From an uncultured Acidimicrobiales bacterium (GTDB lineage: Bacteria > Actinomycetota > Acidimicrobiia > Acidimicrobiales > SZUA-35): a stretch of DNA of 64,000 nt. This document shows positions 45,105 to 54,818 of the stretch, piece by piece. Each line of letters begins with the position of its first letter. Position 1 is the first letter of the stretch. The notes beneath the pieces were generated by a model, which saw only the letters and a list, made by a program, of their open reading frames with translations, ran no database searches and was not told the DNA's origin. The stretch is taken from positions 610,289-674,288 of the forward strand of contig CAWDNZ010000005.1 in NCBI GenBank assembly GCA_963803845.1, read 5' to 3'. The position numbers were made by a program, and so were the translations under genes.

Positions 45105-46853
45105 CTACCAGCTGCCGCCTCCGCCGCCGCCCCCGCCACCACCTACGCCGCCGCCCCCGCCGCCTGACGACGAGGACGGTGCGGTTGAGGCCGATTGGGT
45201 GGATCTCGAAACGGACGCGCCAATGGTGGCGTGGTAGAAGTGATGGCGCGGCACAGACTCATACCGGGGATCGGTTTCCAGGACCTTTGCAATCTCCTTC
45301 CACTTCTCATCCAAGCCGAATGCGTAGGCCCATGCGGTGTAACCGGCGAATCGATCTGGTTCGATCATGTTGAGTGCGCTCTCGGGTTCCAGTTCGCTCA
45401 GGAAGCGACGCAGGGCCTCAACTTCGATCCACTTGGAAGTCCCGAGCGGTGTGCGGATTCGCAATTCCGATGATCGAAGGAGGACGGTCAAAGCGGAACC
45501 GAGAACCAGGGCCGCCATGACCATGGGCAGGAGCCAAATGGGCGACCAGCGGATACTGATCCCACTGAACACCGTCACCGCTCCGGTTGCCAGGACGCCG
45601 AACAGCACGCCCAGCGCTATCGCCACCGCAAATTGAGTATCCCCGGCCTTGTCCCAGTAGCCGCTGCGTTCTTTCCACGATTGGAGATCATCCTCCAGCG
45701 CATCCCACGAGCGAGCGAATGCCTTGTCATAGCCGCTCAGGCTTACCGAGTCCGAGGTGGCAAAGATGGAATCGATGATCGGTTTCGTAGTAGCCCGCGC
45801 CGGCCGACTGCCGCGGTGCAGAACGGTGGTGTCTCCGGGTTCTCCGCTGATTCTGATCTCCTCGAGTTCCGCTGCTTCCATCAACCAGGCAACCAGGTGT
45901 TGCTGAGCGACGTGTTCGTCGATGATGATGCCTCCATGGGGAGCGGAAACTCCCTGCGGCGGTGTAAGGGATGGGTAGATGAGTCGGGCCATCTCCGCCT
46001 CGTCGGCCAACCGGTGGCTGTCTACCGATTCCAGATCATCGATATAGCCAATTGACCTCGCCGTGGTGTCCAGAATTTGTTCCCGGCCTCGTGTGCGAAC
46101 GATGCGGGCGACGACGGGATGAGCTACCAACACACCAAGAAAAGCCAAGGCCATGGGAATGACCACCGATAGGCCGCCGTTGAGCGGTTCCGGTTGTGGA
46201 GGTGTCGGCAGACTTGGCGGCTGGGCGAGGTTGGCGCCAATCCCGGCGCTGATAGTCACGCCAACTCCGGATGCCAGACGGCCGGTTTCCACCACGAGAT
46301 GACCAGGCGCAACCTGCTGGGCTGTGCATCCGCCAAAGCTCCCGAACCGCCCGGTGTCACACCTGGGGTCCAGCCATTCGTTTGCGGAGATGAGATGAAT
46401 CTCGCTGCGCGAAATTGGTACTTCCCACTCTGTACCCACCGCATTCCAGGAAAACTGGTCGCCGGTTACCAGCGTGTCCAGTGCGTAGTCCAGCTGATAC
46501 CGGTGACGGCCGCGAATGGTGATGTCAGGATCCCCGATTCGAATGGTTGGTGTGAAACCACTCTGAACAAGAACGTCATCGGGCGCAGTTGCCGACGTGA
46601 CGGTGAGGGGACCATTCGGATCCAGGCCGGGCACGATGCGTAGGATTCCTCGGCGGGCGGAAAGCCCGAAGTCGTAGTCGATGACCTCGGTGATGATTCC
46701 GGGTTCGTTGGACTGGGAGATTTGAACCGAGGTCCAATAGCTGTCGATCCGTTCGCCCGACAACCACCGCGCTCCTGCCCACGCCGCCACCGGAGCGATC
46801 AGCGCCATCAGAATGAATGCAATTTTCCTCGACCAGCCGTCACGATCGAACAT
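45105..46853 (-). CDS. DUF2207-like membrane protein with a poly-Gly C-terminal tail
   Basis: N-terminal TM helix and the ..IDSYWTSVQISQSNEPGIITEVIDYDFG.. domain. Internal TM helices. C-terminus SSSGGGGGGVGGGGGGGGGGSW. Confidence 0.8.
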   Translation of the reverse strand: MFDRDGWSRKIAFILMALIAPVAAWAGARWLSGERIDSYWTSVQISQSNEPGIITEVIDYDFGLSARRGILRIVPGLDPNGPLTVTSATAPDDVLVQSGFTPTIRIGDPDITIRGRHRYQLDYALDTLVTGDQFSWNAVGTEWEVPISRSEIHLISANEWLDPRCDTGRFGSFGGCTAQQVAPGHLVVETGRLASGVGVTISAGIGANLAQPPSLPTPPQPEPLNGGLSVVIPMALAFLGVLVAHPVVARIVRTRGREQILDTTARSIGYIDDLESVDSHRLADEAEMARLIYPSLTPPQGVSAPHGGIIIDEHVAQQHLVAWLMEAAELEEIRISGEPGDTTVLHRGSRPARATTKPIIDSIFATSDSVSLSGYDKAFARSWDALEDDLQSWKERSGYWDKAGDTQFAVAIALGVLFGVLATGAVTVFSGISIRWSPIWLLPMVMAALVLGSALTVLLRSSELRIRTPLGTSKWIEVEALRRFLSELEPESALNMIEPDRFAGYTAWAYAFGLDEKWKEIAKVLETDPRYESVPRHHFYHATIGASVSRSTQSASTAPSSSSGGGGGGVGGGGGGGGGGSW

Positions 46854-46928
46854 CTTCCGATCTTAGGTCCGTGTGATGTCGGCCCTTGTCAAGTCTTCGA
46901 ACTTCGACACGTCAAGTATTCTGATTGG

Positions 46929-47795
46929 GTGCCGAATCTGTCAATTCGTGAAGTGGGTCCGCGGGATGGGCTTCAGAACGAGGAACCCGTGAACGTTGAG
47001 CTCAGGGCCGAGTTGATCAGCGCTTTGTGTCGCACCGGCCTCACCGACATCGAAGCGGTCAGTTTCGTGTCGCCAACGGCCGTGCCGGCGATGGCCCATG
47101 CCGCCGATGTTCTCGAACTGGTGGATCGTCGATCCGAGGTTCGCCTCTGGGCGCTCGTACCCAATGCCCGGGGGGCGGAGATGGCGGTAGCGGCCAACGT
47201 GGACAGTCTTACGGTGACCGTTTCGGCCTGTCCGGTGTACAACGAGAAGAACGTCCGGCGGTCAATACCCGAATCGGTTGACGCAATCGGTCAGATCGTT
47301 CAGATCGCCGACGGCCGAACGGTGGACGTCGTGATCTCCTGTGTTTTCGGCTCTCCCTACACCGGTGACGAGAACACCGCCTCCGTTCCGGACCTCATGG
47401 GCCAACTGGCTGATCAGGGTGCCAACCGGTTCACTCTGGCCGACACCACCGGCATGGCCACACCCCACCGAATCGAAAGGGTGCTCCACAAGACCGGTGC
47501 GGACGTTGGCCTCCATCTGCACGACACCCGTGGCACCGCCCTGGTGAACGCCTACACCGCCATCGGGCTCGGCGTCACCCGCTTCGACACCGCGGTGGGT
47601 GGTCTCGGCGGATCCCCGTTTGCTCAGGGCGCCGGTGGCAACCTCGCTACCGAAGACCTGGTGCATCTCGCCAACGACGATCCAACAATGGAAACGGGAG
47701 TGGATTTGGACGCCTTGCTCCACTGCGCCCGAGCCTTCCAAGCGGCGGTCGATCATCCGCTTCCGGGCCGCATCGCCACCCACGGGCCGCGTTGA
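46929..47795 (+). CDS. hydroxymethylglutaryl-CoA lyase
   Basis: The in-frame GTG at 46929 avoids overlap with the DUF2207 gene. Motifs: ..IREVGPRDGLQNE.., DTTGMATP, HLHDTRGTALVN and GLGGSPFAQGAGGNLATEDLV. Confidence 0.9.
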   Translation: MPNLSIREVGPRDGLQNEEPVNVELRAELISALCRTGLTDIEAVSFVSPTAVPAMAHAADVLELVDRRSEVRLWALVPNARGAEMAVAANVDSLTVTVSACPVYNEKNVRRSIPESVDAIGQIVQIADGRTVDVVISCVFGSPYTGDENTASVPDLMGQLADQGANRFTLADTTGMATPHRIERVLHKTGADVGLHLHDTRGTALVNAYTAIGLGVTRFDTAVGGLGGSPFAQGAGGNLATEDLVHLANDDPTMETGVDLDALLHCARAFQAAVDHPLPGRIATHGPR

Positions 47796-47861
47796 TAAAT
47801 CTGCGGGCGGACTCCGCTCCGTAACGTTCCCCCAACCGGTGGAGCCATCTAACCTTGCGGG

Positions 47862-49962
47862 GTGCACAGGATTTCGAACGGTGGAACGGCGATGGTCATC
47901 AGCGGTGGGTCCAGGATGCCTGAGGTGATGGAGTGGGGCGTGTCGAGTGAAGTGGCTGGGGGACCGGTGGTCGACTATGAGCACTATCGCGCCGGTCTCC
48001 CCCCAGCCACCCTCCAATATCACCCACCGATCGGCCTCTTCGCCCAGGAATCCTTAGGCTTCCCCGGGCGGCCCGGCATCAGCGGGCACCGACCCGATGG
48101 CACCGGCTGGTCCCCGCGGTTCGTTCGCACCGAGGAACGGGTCCAACCCGACGGCGTGTCGTTCGTACTCGAGGATCATCGGGCCGGCCTACAGGTGATC
48201 GCTGCGGTCGTCATCTCCGATGGCGGCGCCATCACCATCGATGCCGTGCTCACCAACGTTGGTGATACGCCCTACACATTGGCCACGATGGCCCCCACAC
48301 TGCCGTTGCCTTCGTCGGCTACCGACCTCCTCACGTTGTCCGGCCGCTGGACCATGGAGTTCATGATGAATCGCCGGCCCTTTCAAGGTCAGATGATCGT
48401 GGAGAACCGACGCGGGCGCACCAGTCACGAGAATGCCCCGGTGGTGTTCGCCGGATCATCCGCTTTCAGCGAGCAGGCAGGGACCGTCTGGGGTGCTCAG
48501 CTGGCATGGAGCGGAAACTTCGCAGTGATCGCAGAAGAACTGAGTGACGGCCGCAAGTTCTTCCAGTTGGGCGAGTTGCTCCTGCCTGGCGAGGTGCAGC
48601 TGGCTCCGGGCGAAGCTTATGACATGCCCCAGGTCATCGCCACGTGCTCATCGGCCGGTCTGACCCCGGCAACCGCCTGCTTTCACGCCTACCTACGCAA
48701 CGAGTTGCGACCCAAGCCGCTGGGGCCACGGCCAGTGAATCTGAACGTTTGGGAGGCGGTGTACTTCAACCACGACGAAGGCGTATTGATGAACCTCGCC
48801 GACGAAGCCGCCAAGATCGGAGCCGAGCGCTTCGTCTTGGACGATGGCTGGTTTGGCAGCCGCCGGGATGACTCCAAAGGGCTAGGGGATTGGTATGTCA
48901 GCCCTGACGTATGGCCCAACGGTCTGGGCCCTCTGATCGAACGGGTCACCAGCCATGGCATGCAGTTTGGGATCTGGTTCGAACCCGAGATGGTGAATGC
49001 GGACTCCGACCTTTTCCGACTTCACCCGGACTGGACACTCACCACCGATGGGTATGAGCCGGTGCTGGGCCGGAAACAGCTCGTGTTGGATTTTGGGCGG
49101 TCCGAGGTTCGGGAAAATCTCTTCAATCAGATCGACGCGATTCTTTCCACTCACGACATCAGCTACGTCAAGTGGGACATGAATCGGGTGATCGTCCAAG
49201 GATCCGGAGCCGACGGACGGGCTGGTGTTCGCAAGCATGTGCTTGGTTTGTATGAGTTGCTCGATCAACTTCGGATGGCCCACCCCGCCGTTGAGTGGGA
49301 GTCGTGCGCCAGCGGCGGCGGCCGGATCGACGCCGGGATCCTCGCCCATACCGACAGGGTTTGGACCTCCGACAGCAACGATGCACGGGACCGCCAACTG
49401 ATCCAGCGCGGTGCATCGCTGCTCATCCCGCCCGAGCTCATGGGCGCTCACATCGGCCCACCAACCACTCATACCACCGGCCGCACCCATAGCTTTGGGT
49501 TTCGGGCGGCAACGGCACTGTTTGGTCACTTCGGGATCGAATGGAATGTGCTGGAGATGACCGAGGACGAGCGGGCGGGCATGAAGGACGTGGTAGATCT
49601 CTACAAGACGCACCGCAGCCTGCTGCATTCCGGTCAGGTGATCCGGCTGGATCACCCCGACAACTCGATCGTGGCCCACGGTGTTCTGGCCCACGACGGG
49701 AGCGAAGGTCTCTTCAGCGTGGCGTCAATTCATACCCGAACAGCTACTTCGTCGGCACCGCTGGTGATTCCCGGTCTGACGGGCACGTATCGGGTGCAAC
49801 CCCTGCTGATCGGCGGCGAGCTGCCCGGCAACGGACTTTGCCCCACCGGTGTGGATGGCCGAGGGCGCCGACCTGCCCGCAGACTTCCTCGGTGGCCACG
49901 GTTTGTCCATGCCCACCTTCTGGCCCGAACGAGCCCTCCTCATCCACCTGACGCGTGTGTAA
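47862..49962 (+). CDS. GH36 alpha-galactosidase; the C-terminal ~45 aa appear to be encoded in another frame (frameshift near 49837-49844)
   Basis: DDGWF, KWDMN and CASGGGRID motifs. The listed ORF (to 50168) reads through REP copies as Arg/Pro-rich text. Frame 1 from 49809 gives ..PPVWMAEGADLPADFLGGHGLSMPTFWPERALLIHLTRV with a stop at 49960-49962. The start is uncertain (GTG 47862 or a downstream ATG). Confidence 0.8.
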
Positions 49963-50232
49963 ACGGCCCGACGTCGCGATCGCTACGGGCGAAGCGATAC
50001 GCGCTGAGCAGTCCAGCCCTCCAGTTGCCGCAGGATCTACTGCAGCGCCGAGTAGGCGAGCCTCCGTGGCGTTTGAACGGCCCCCGGAGGGACGCATGCA
50101 TGCCGCCAGCTCACATCGCGCCGCAGGCGAAGCGATACGCGCTGAGCAGTCCAGGCTTGACTGGTTGATGCAGTTGTTGGAGCGCCGGAGGCGGAGCCTC
50201 CGTGGCGTTTGAACGGCCCCCGGAGGGAGTTA
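49963..50232 (-). repeat. two REP-like family copies (inverted orientation)
   Basis: Core boxes CCCCCGGAGGGA at 50081 and 50217. Tails GCGAAGCGATACGCGCTGAGCAGTCC appear twice. Confidence 0.8.
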
Positions 50233-50242
50233 GAGCCCAGCC

Positions 50243-51174
50243 CTAGCCCTTTGTGGAACCGAGGGTGAGGCCGGCGATGAAGTGTTTCTGAAGTGCGAAG
50301 TACACCGTTAACACCGGGATGATCACGAAGATCGACGCGGCGGCAACAACGTTGGTGTCCGTCGTGAACTGGCCGCCCAGGTTGGAAAGGGCTGACGTGA
50401 TCGGCCGGTCGTCGCCGCGAGTTTCGAAGATCACCGCCCAGAAGAAGTCGTTGTAGATCCAGGCGAACTCCAGGGTTGCCAGCGCTGCGAGCGTGGGGCG
50501 GGTCAGAGGCATGATGATCTTGGAATAGGTGGTCCAGAGACTCGCCCCGTCCACCATGGCCGCTTCGTTGAGTTCCTTTGGAAGCAGCTTCATGTAGTTG
50601 CTCAGGACGAAGGTGCAGAAACCCATCTGAAAGCCCACGTGGAGCAAGATGATCGCCCAGTTTGAGCCGTTCAGATTGCCCGAGTTGGACATGAACTCTG
50701 GTAGAGGGATCCTTCGGAATGCCTGGAACAGCGGGGCCACCATGATCTGTGGGGGCAGGAGGTTACCGGCGGTGAACAACACCAGAAAGAAGATGTTGAG
50801 CCGCCACGTATAGCGGCTCGCGACGAACGCCATCATCGAGGCAAGGAACAAAGTGAGGATCAGCGAGGGAAAAGGATCAGCGCCGTGTTCCAGTACTTGT
50901 CGATGAAGTCACCCTGATCCAGGGCGGTCGAGTAGTTGTCGAGACTCAACTTGTCCGGTGCCGACAGGAATCCCTTGTTGATCGTTTCGCTGTAGGGGCG
51001 GAAGGAAGCGTAGAGCGAGATGACGAGCGGCGTCAGCCACAGGAGGCCGAGGCTGATGAGGAAGGCATGGAGGAGTACCCGGGCCGGACGCAACGGAGCC
51101 TTCCGCGGTTCAAATTTCTTGGCCGAGAACGATTGTGCCGCGGCCTGGTCGGGTTCTGTGGCGATATCGGTCAT
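50243..51174 (-). pseudogene. carbohydrate ABC transporter permease (MalG-like) split by a frameshift into ORFs 50860..51174 and 50243..50851
   Basis: The N-terminal ORF ends ..KYWNTALILFPR-stop. The other frame continues FPSLILTLFLASMMAFVASRY.. Together they make a normal ~309 aa permease. The junction is at the GGGAAAA run 50867-50873. Confidence 0.75.
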
Positions 51175-52196
51175 ACCGAGCTCTCCTGGTTGCGATAGTG
51201 GTTGGTGACGTACCAGAGCACGAAGCCGATACAGAGAAGGAACAACATCGTGGCGTAGGCCGATCCTCGGCCCACGTTGTCTGCTCCCTCACCGATCAGG
51301 TTGTTGGTGGTCAGAACGGACAACAATTCGGTGTTTCGCGGTGTATTGAGGACGTAGACGATGTCGAAAGCACGTAGTGCTTCGATCACGGTGATGACCA
51401 CCACGATCACGTTGATCGGTTTCAGCGTGGGAAACAGCACGAACCGAAAGGTCTGCAACTCGTTGCACCCGTCCAGCGACGCCGACTCCTTGAGCGACGC
51501 GTCCACGCTCTTCATGCCGGCCAGGTACAACACCATGATGTATCCGGTATGCCTCCATGCCATGGCGACGAGGATGGCGATGAAGTTCTTGGACAGACCG
51601 TAACCACCGATCTCGAACAGGAAGCTCTGGTTGCCAAGCCAGTCGATCGAATCGCCCCCACCGAACAGCCAGGTGGCCAGCCCGTACTGCTGGTTGTACA
51701 TGATGTTCTGCCAGATGAACCCAACGACGGCAAGTGACAGGACGACCGGGGTATAGAAGACGCTCTGATAGATCCGGCTGCCCTTGAGGTTCTTGTCCAA
51801 TAAGTACGCAAGGAGCATGCCCAATGCGGTTGGCCCGAAGAACAGAAACAGCAGCAACCAGAGATTGTTGAGCATCGCCTGGAAGAAGTCCCCCTGGAAC
51901 GCTCCCAGAATTATTTGGTCGTAGTTCTGGAAGGCCACCCACTCGAGGTCGCTGAAACGGATCCCGTTCCATTTGGTGAGCGACAGCCCAATCGACAAGA
52001 TCGTTGGTATCCACACGATCACAATGTGGATGGTCGCCGGGATCAAAAGCATCGCCAAGAAGACTTTGCGATCGCGCCCCACAAACTGCGATCCGCCGAG
52101 CCAGCCCCCGCGCTTACCGGCGGACTTCGACACCGCATCGGTGGCGATCGGGATGTCTGATTGGTCGTCGGTTGGTAGCGGTGTAGTCGTTGTCAC
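51171..52196 (-). CDS. carbohydrate ABC transporter permease (MalF-like)
   Basis: 341 aa polytopic protein with the EAA-type loop ..ESASLDGCNELQTFRFVLFP.. GTG start with a GGGGGA RBS. 4 nt overlap with the next permease. Confidence 0.9.
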   Translation of the reverse strand: MTTTTPLPTDDQSDIPIATDAVSKSAGKRGGWLGGSQFVGRDRKVFLAMLLIPATIHIVIVWIPTILSIGLSLTKWNGIRFSDLEWVAFQNYDQIILGAFQGDFFQAMLNNLWLLLFLFFGPTALGMLLAYLLDKNLKGSRIYQSVFYTPVVLSLAVVGFIWQNIMYNQQYGLATWLFGGGDSIDWLGNQSFLFEIGGYGLSKNFIAILVAMAWRHTGYIMVLYLAGMKSVDASLKESASLDGCNELQTFRFVLFPTLKPINVIVVVITVIEALRAFDIVYVLNTPRNTELLSVLTTNNLIGEGADNVGRGSAYATMLFLLCIGFVLWYVTNHYRNQESSV

Positions 52197-52224
52197 AAAT
52201 TCCCCCTCTAAAGATTGAACGGGC

Positions 52225-52248
52225 CCTCACCGGACGTTACCGGTGAGG
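52225..52248 (-). promoter_or_regulatory. intercistronic stem-loop between the SBP and permease genes
   Basis: CCTCACCGG / CCGGTGAGG 9 bp stem with a 6 nt loop and no U-run. Typical position for an mRNA-stabilising or partial-termination hairpin in ABC operons. Confidence 0.5.
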
Positions 52249-52284
52249 ACCCCAGCCCCCCAGAGTGGGAGGTGTATTTCGTGC

Positions 52285-53628
52285 TTACAGCAGAGCTTCG
52301 GCTTTGCCCTGGAGATCGGCGAGGATGGCGTCGACGTTCCCCGGGTCGGCCAAGAAGTCAGCGAACGCCTGGCCCGCTTCGTCGGCAAATGCCGGCAGCG
52401 TGTCTCGGTTCAGGAACTGCGTCACGTTCTTGGCACCCTGCACCATGGCTGACGATTTGAGCTGCAGGGCGGTGTAGCTAGCGGTGTTGGCTTTGCTGCT
52501 GGCTCCCTGGACTCCACTATCGACTGCAATGAACGCGTCCTGGGCCAGAGCGGTTCCCATGTGGGCCGCGAGTTCCCTGGCGGCTGGTTCGTTCACTGGT
52601 TCGGCGACCACGACCCATCCGTCGATCGGCGCTTCCACCGTGTCCAGGCCGTGCTCATCGTTGAGGACCGGGAAAGGGAAGAAGTCCAAGTCTTCCAGGT
52701 CTGCCTCCGGGAACTGACCGCTCACGAAACCACCAATGGTCATCATGGCGGATTCGCCGCTCACGAGGGTCGCCGCGGCATCCTCCCAGGTGCGACCGTT
52801 GGCGTCGGACTGATGGTAGGGGAGCAGCTCGGCCCATCTGGCGAACACGTCTTTGGTTCGCTGATCGGTCCAGCTCTCCCTTCCCTGAACTAGATCGATG
52901 TGGTACTGGTAGCCGTTCAAACGGAAGTTCAACTGGTCGAACGTGCCCTGGGCCGGCCAGAAACCGTCATTGCCCAAGGCGAACGCAGTGACCCCGAGAC
53001 CGTCGAGGGTTTCGCACAGTGCCAGCAGCTCATCGTACGTCCCGGGTGGGGTCGCTCCTACGGACTCCCACACGCTCTTGCGATAGTAGACGCCCCAGCT
53101 GTAGAAGAACGACGGCACGAAGTACTGCTTCCCGTCGTAGGTGGAGGCCGCCTTGAATCCCTCGGACTGTTCGTCGTCGAGGCTCTCGGTCCAGATATCG
53201 CTGATGTCCAGCAGCAGTCCGGCCGACGCAAGCGGTGTCAGGCGGTTCGAGGCGAACCACGAAGCCACATCCTCTGAGGGATCCTGCATGTAGCCGACGA
53301 TCTGTTGTTCCCAGGTGTTGTGGTCCACCTCGTTGAATTCGATCGTGACGTCCTTGTTGGGGAAGACAGCGAGAGCAGCCTTCAGCGCATCGTTTTCCCG
53401 TTCGTTGGAGTAGTTGGATCCAATGCGGACGACTCCAGAAGCTGCCGCACCACCGTCGCCACTGCCATCGTCGCCTGTGCTGGCTGGCTCGTCACTGCCG
53501 CAGGCAGCGAGGACGCCACCGAGAGCGGCGACGCCACCGAGCGCAGCAGCACCCTTGATGACATTGCGACGGCCGAGGACGGACTCGACCTTTGAAGGAC
53601 TAGGAGACTGTTGGGTTTCTTCAGTCAT
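52285..53628 (-). CDS. carbohydrate ABC transporter substrate-binding lipoprotein
   Basis: The N-terminus has ..RRNVIKGAAALGG.. (Tat-like) and a lipobox LAAC. 447 aa, family 1 extracellular solute-binding pattern. Confidence 0.9.
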   Translation of the reverse strand: MTEETQQSPSPSKVESVLGRRNVIKGAAALGGVAALGGVLAACGSDEPASTGDDGSGDGGAAASGVVRIGSNYSNERENDALKAALAVFPNKDVTIEFNEVDHNTWEQQIVGYMQDPSEDVASWFASNRLTPLASAGLLLDISDIWTESLDDEQSEGFKAASTYDGKQYFVPSFFYSWGVYYRKSVWESVGATPPGTYDELLALCETLDGLGVTAFALGNDGFWPAQGTFDQLNFRLNGYQYHIDLVQGRESWTDQRTKDVFARWAELLPYHQSDANGRTWEDAAATLVSGESAMMTIGGFVSGQFPEADLEDLDFFPFPVLNDEHGLDTVEAPIDGWVVVAEPVNEPAARELAAHMGTALAQDAFIAVDSGVQGASSKANTASYTALQLKSSAMVQGAKNVTQFLNRDTLPAFADEAGQAFADFLADPGNVDAILADLQGKAEALL

Positions 53629-54029
53629 ATTTCTCCCCTGATCTCTAGGCGCACTGCGCCTGGACTTCCGCCGAAGCGCTTACGCATTCGACGTCCCGCA
53701 CCGTGCGGACAATCCCACAGAATCTTTCAGATTCGGACGCCTTCGTCAAGTACCCGACGCGGACAGATTCACCGCTGAGCCGTTGAATTGCCGTAATGCG
53801 GGCGGTTCCCGGAGATCGCTTGTGTTCTCCGACGTTGTTCGCCATCATTCATCACTGTGTTCGATAATGTTCAGATCGTTGTCAGGTCCTTACGGGACTT
53901 CGGCCACACTCGACCGAAGTCCGCTGCCTATGCAGCGTGGCCTTTGACGGCTGATTGTGGTGGTGTGTGCTATCGCTTTTCAATCGTGTTCGATTGGGCT
54001 TGGATGCCTTGGTCCCCAGAGGGAACCTG

Positions 54030-54794
54030 ATGTTGGCCCGCCGTAGACATGACGAAATCGTGAAAATCCTTCGAAATTCTGGAGTCGTCCGGGTCTCGCT
54101 GCTCGCAACGGAGCTTTCGGTGTCCGAGATGACGATTCGTCGGGACCTCGAACTTCTGGAACGCGTGGGGCTCGTGGAGAAGTTTCATGGCGGAGCCATT
54201 CTGGTGGGCCGACCAACAACGGACGAACCGGGTTTCGATGTGAAACGCAGGATGCAGACGGGTGTGAAGGAGGCGATCGCCCAAAAGGCCGCGTCGCGGG
54301 TGCGTCCCGGCAGCTCGGTTGGGCTCACCGCCGGAACAACCACGTGGATGCTGGCGAAGTACTTGGATATGCGGCCATTGACGGTCGTCACCAATTCGAT
54401 CTCGGTGGCCGAAGTCCTCTATCCCGCCGCATCACCGTCGTTAGACGTGGTGCTGACGGGCGGGGTGAGGACGCCATCCGACGCTCTTGTTGGGCCGGTA
54501 GCGGTGGCCAGCCTCTCTTCGTTGCATGTGGATGTTCTGTTCATGGGGGTTCATGGAATGACCGAACGGGCGGGATTCACCACTCCCAATCTCCTGGAGG
54601 CTGAAACCAACCAGGCGTTCATACGGGGTGCGGCCGAACTGGTGGTGGTGGCCGACAATACAAAATTCGGGGTCACCGGCCTCAGTACCATCTGTCCGCT
54701 TGAGCGCGCTGATGTACTCATTGTGGACTCTGAGCTTGACCCCGCGGCCGCTGAGGTGCTGAGGTCACGCATAGGAACCGTCGAATTGGTCTGA
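54030..54794 (+). CDS. DeoR family transcriptional regulator
   Basis: ATG 54030 gives MLARRRHDEIVKILRNSGVVRVSLLATELSVSEMTIRRDLELLE.. (HTH), followed by a DeoR C-terminal sugar-phosphate sensor domain. Confidence 0.9.
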   Translation: MLARRRHDEIVKILRNSGVVRVSLLATELSVSEMTIRRDLELLERVGLVEKFHGGAILVGRPTTDEPGFDVKRRMQTGVKEAIAQKAASRVRPGSSVGLTAGTTTWMLAKYLDMRPLTVVTNSISVAEVLYPAASPSLDVVLTGGVRTPSDALVGPVAVASLSSLHVDVLFMGVHGMTERAGFTTPNLLEAETNQAFIRGAAELVVVADNTKFGVTGLSTICPLERADVLIVDSELDPAAAEVLRSRIGTVELV

Positions 54795-54818
54795 GGACCG
54801 GAAAGAAGACTCTGGAAC

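Noticed and set aside
45105-45180. GGC/GCC-rich microsatellite-like tract
   Set aside because: It encodes the poly-Gly C-terminal tail characteristic of DUF2207-type proteins, so it is coding low complexity rather than an independent repeat element.
53645-53848. 67 aa minus-strand ORF upstream of the sugar-binding protein gene
   Set aside because: It lies in the regulatory region, and it has no RBS and no recognisable features. Probably non-coding.
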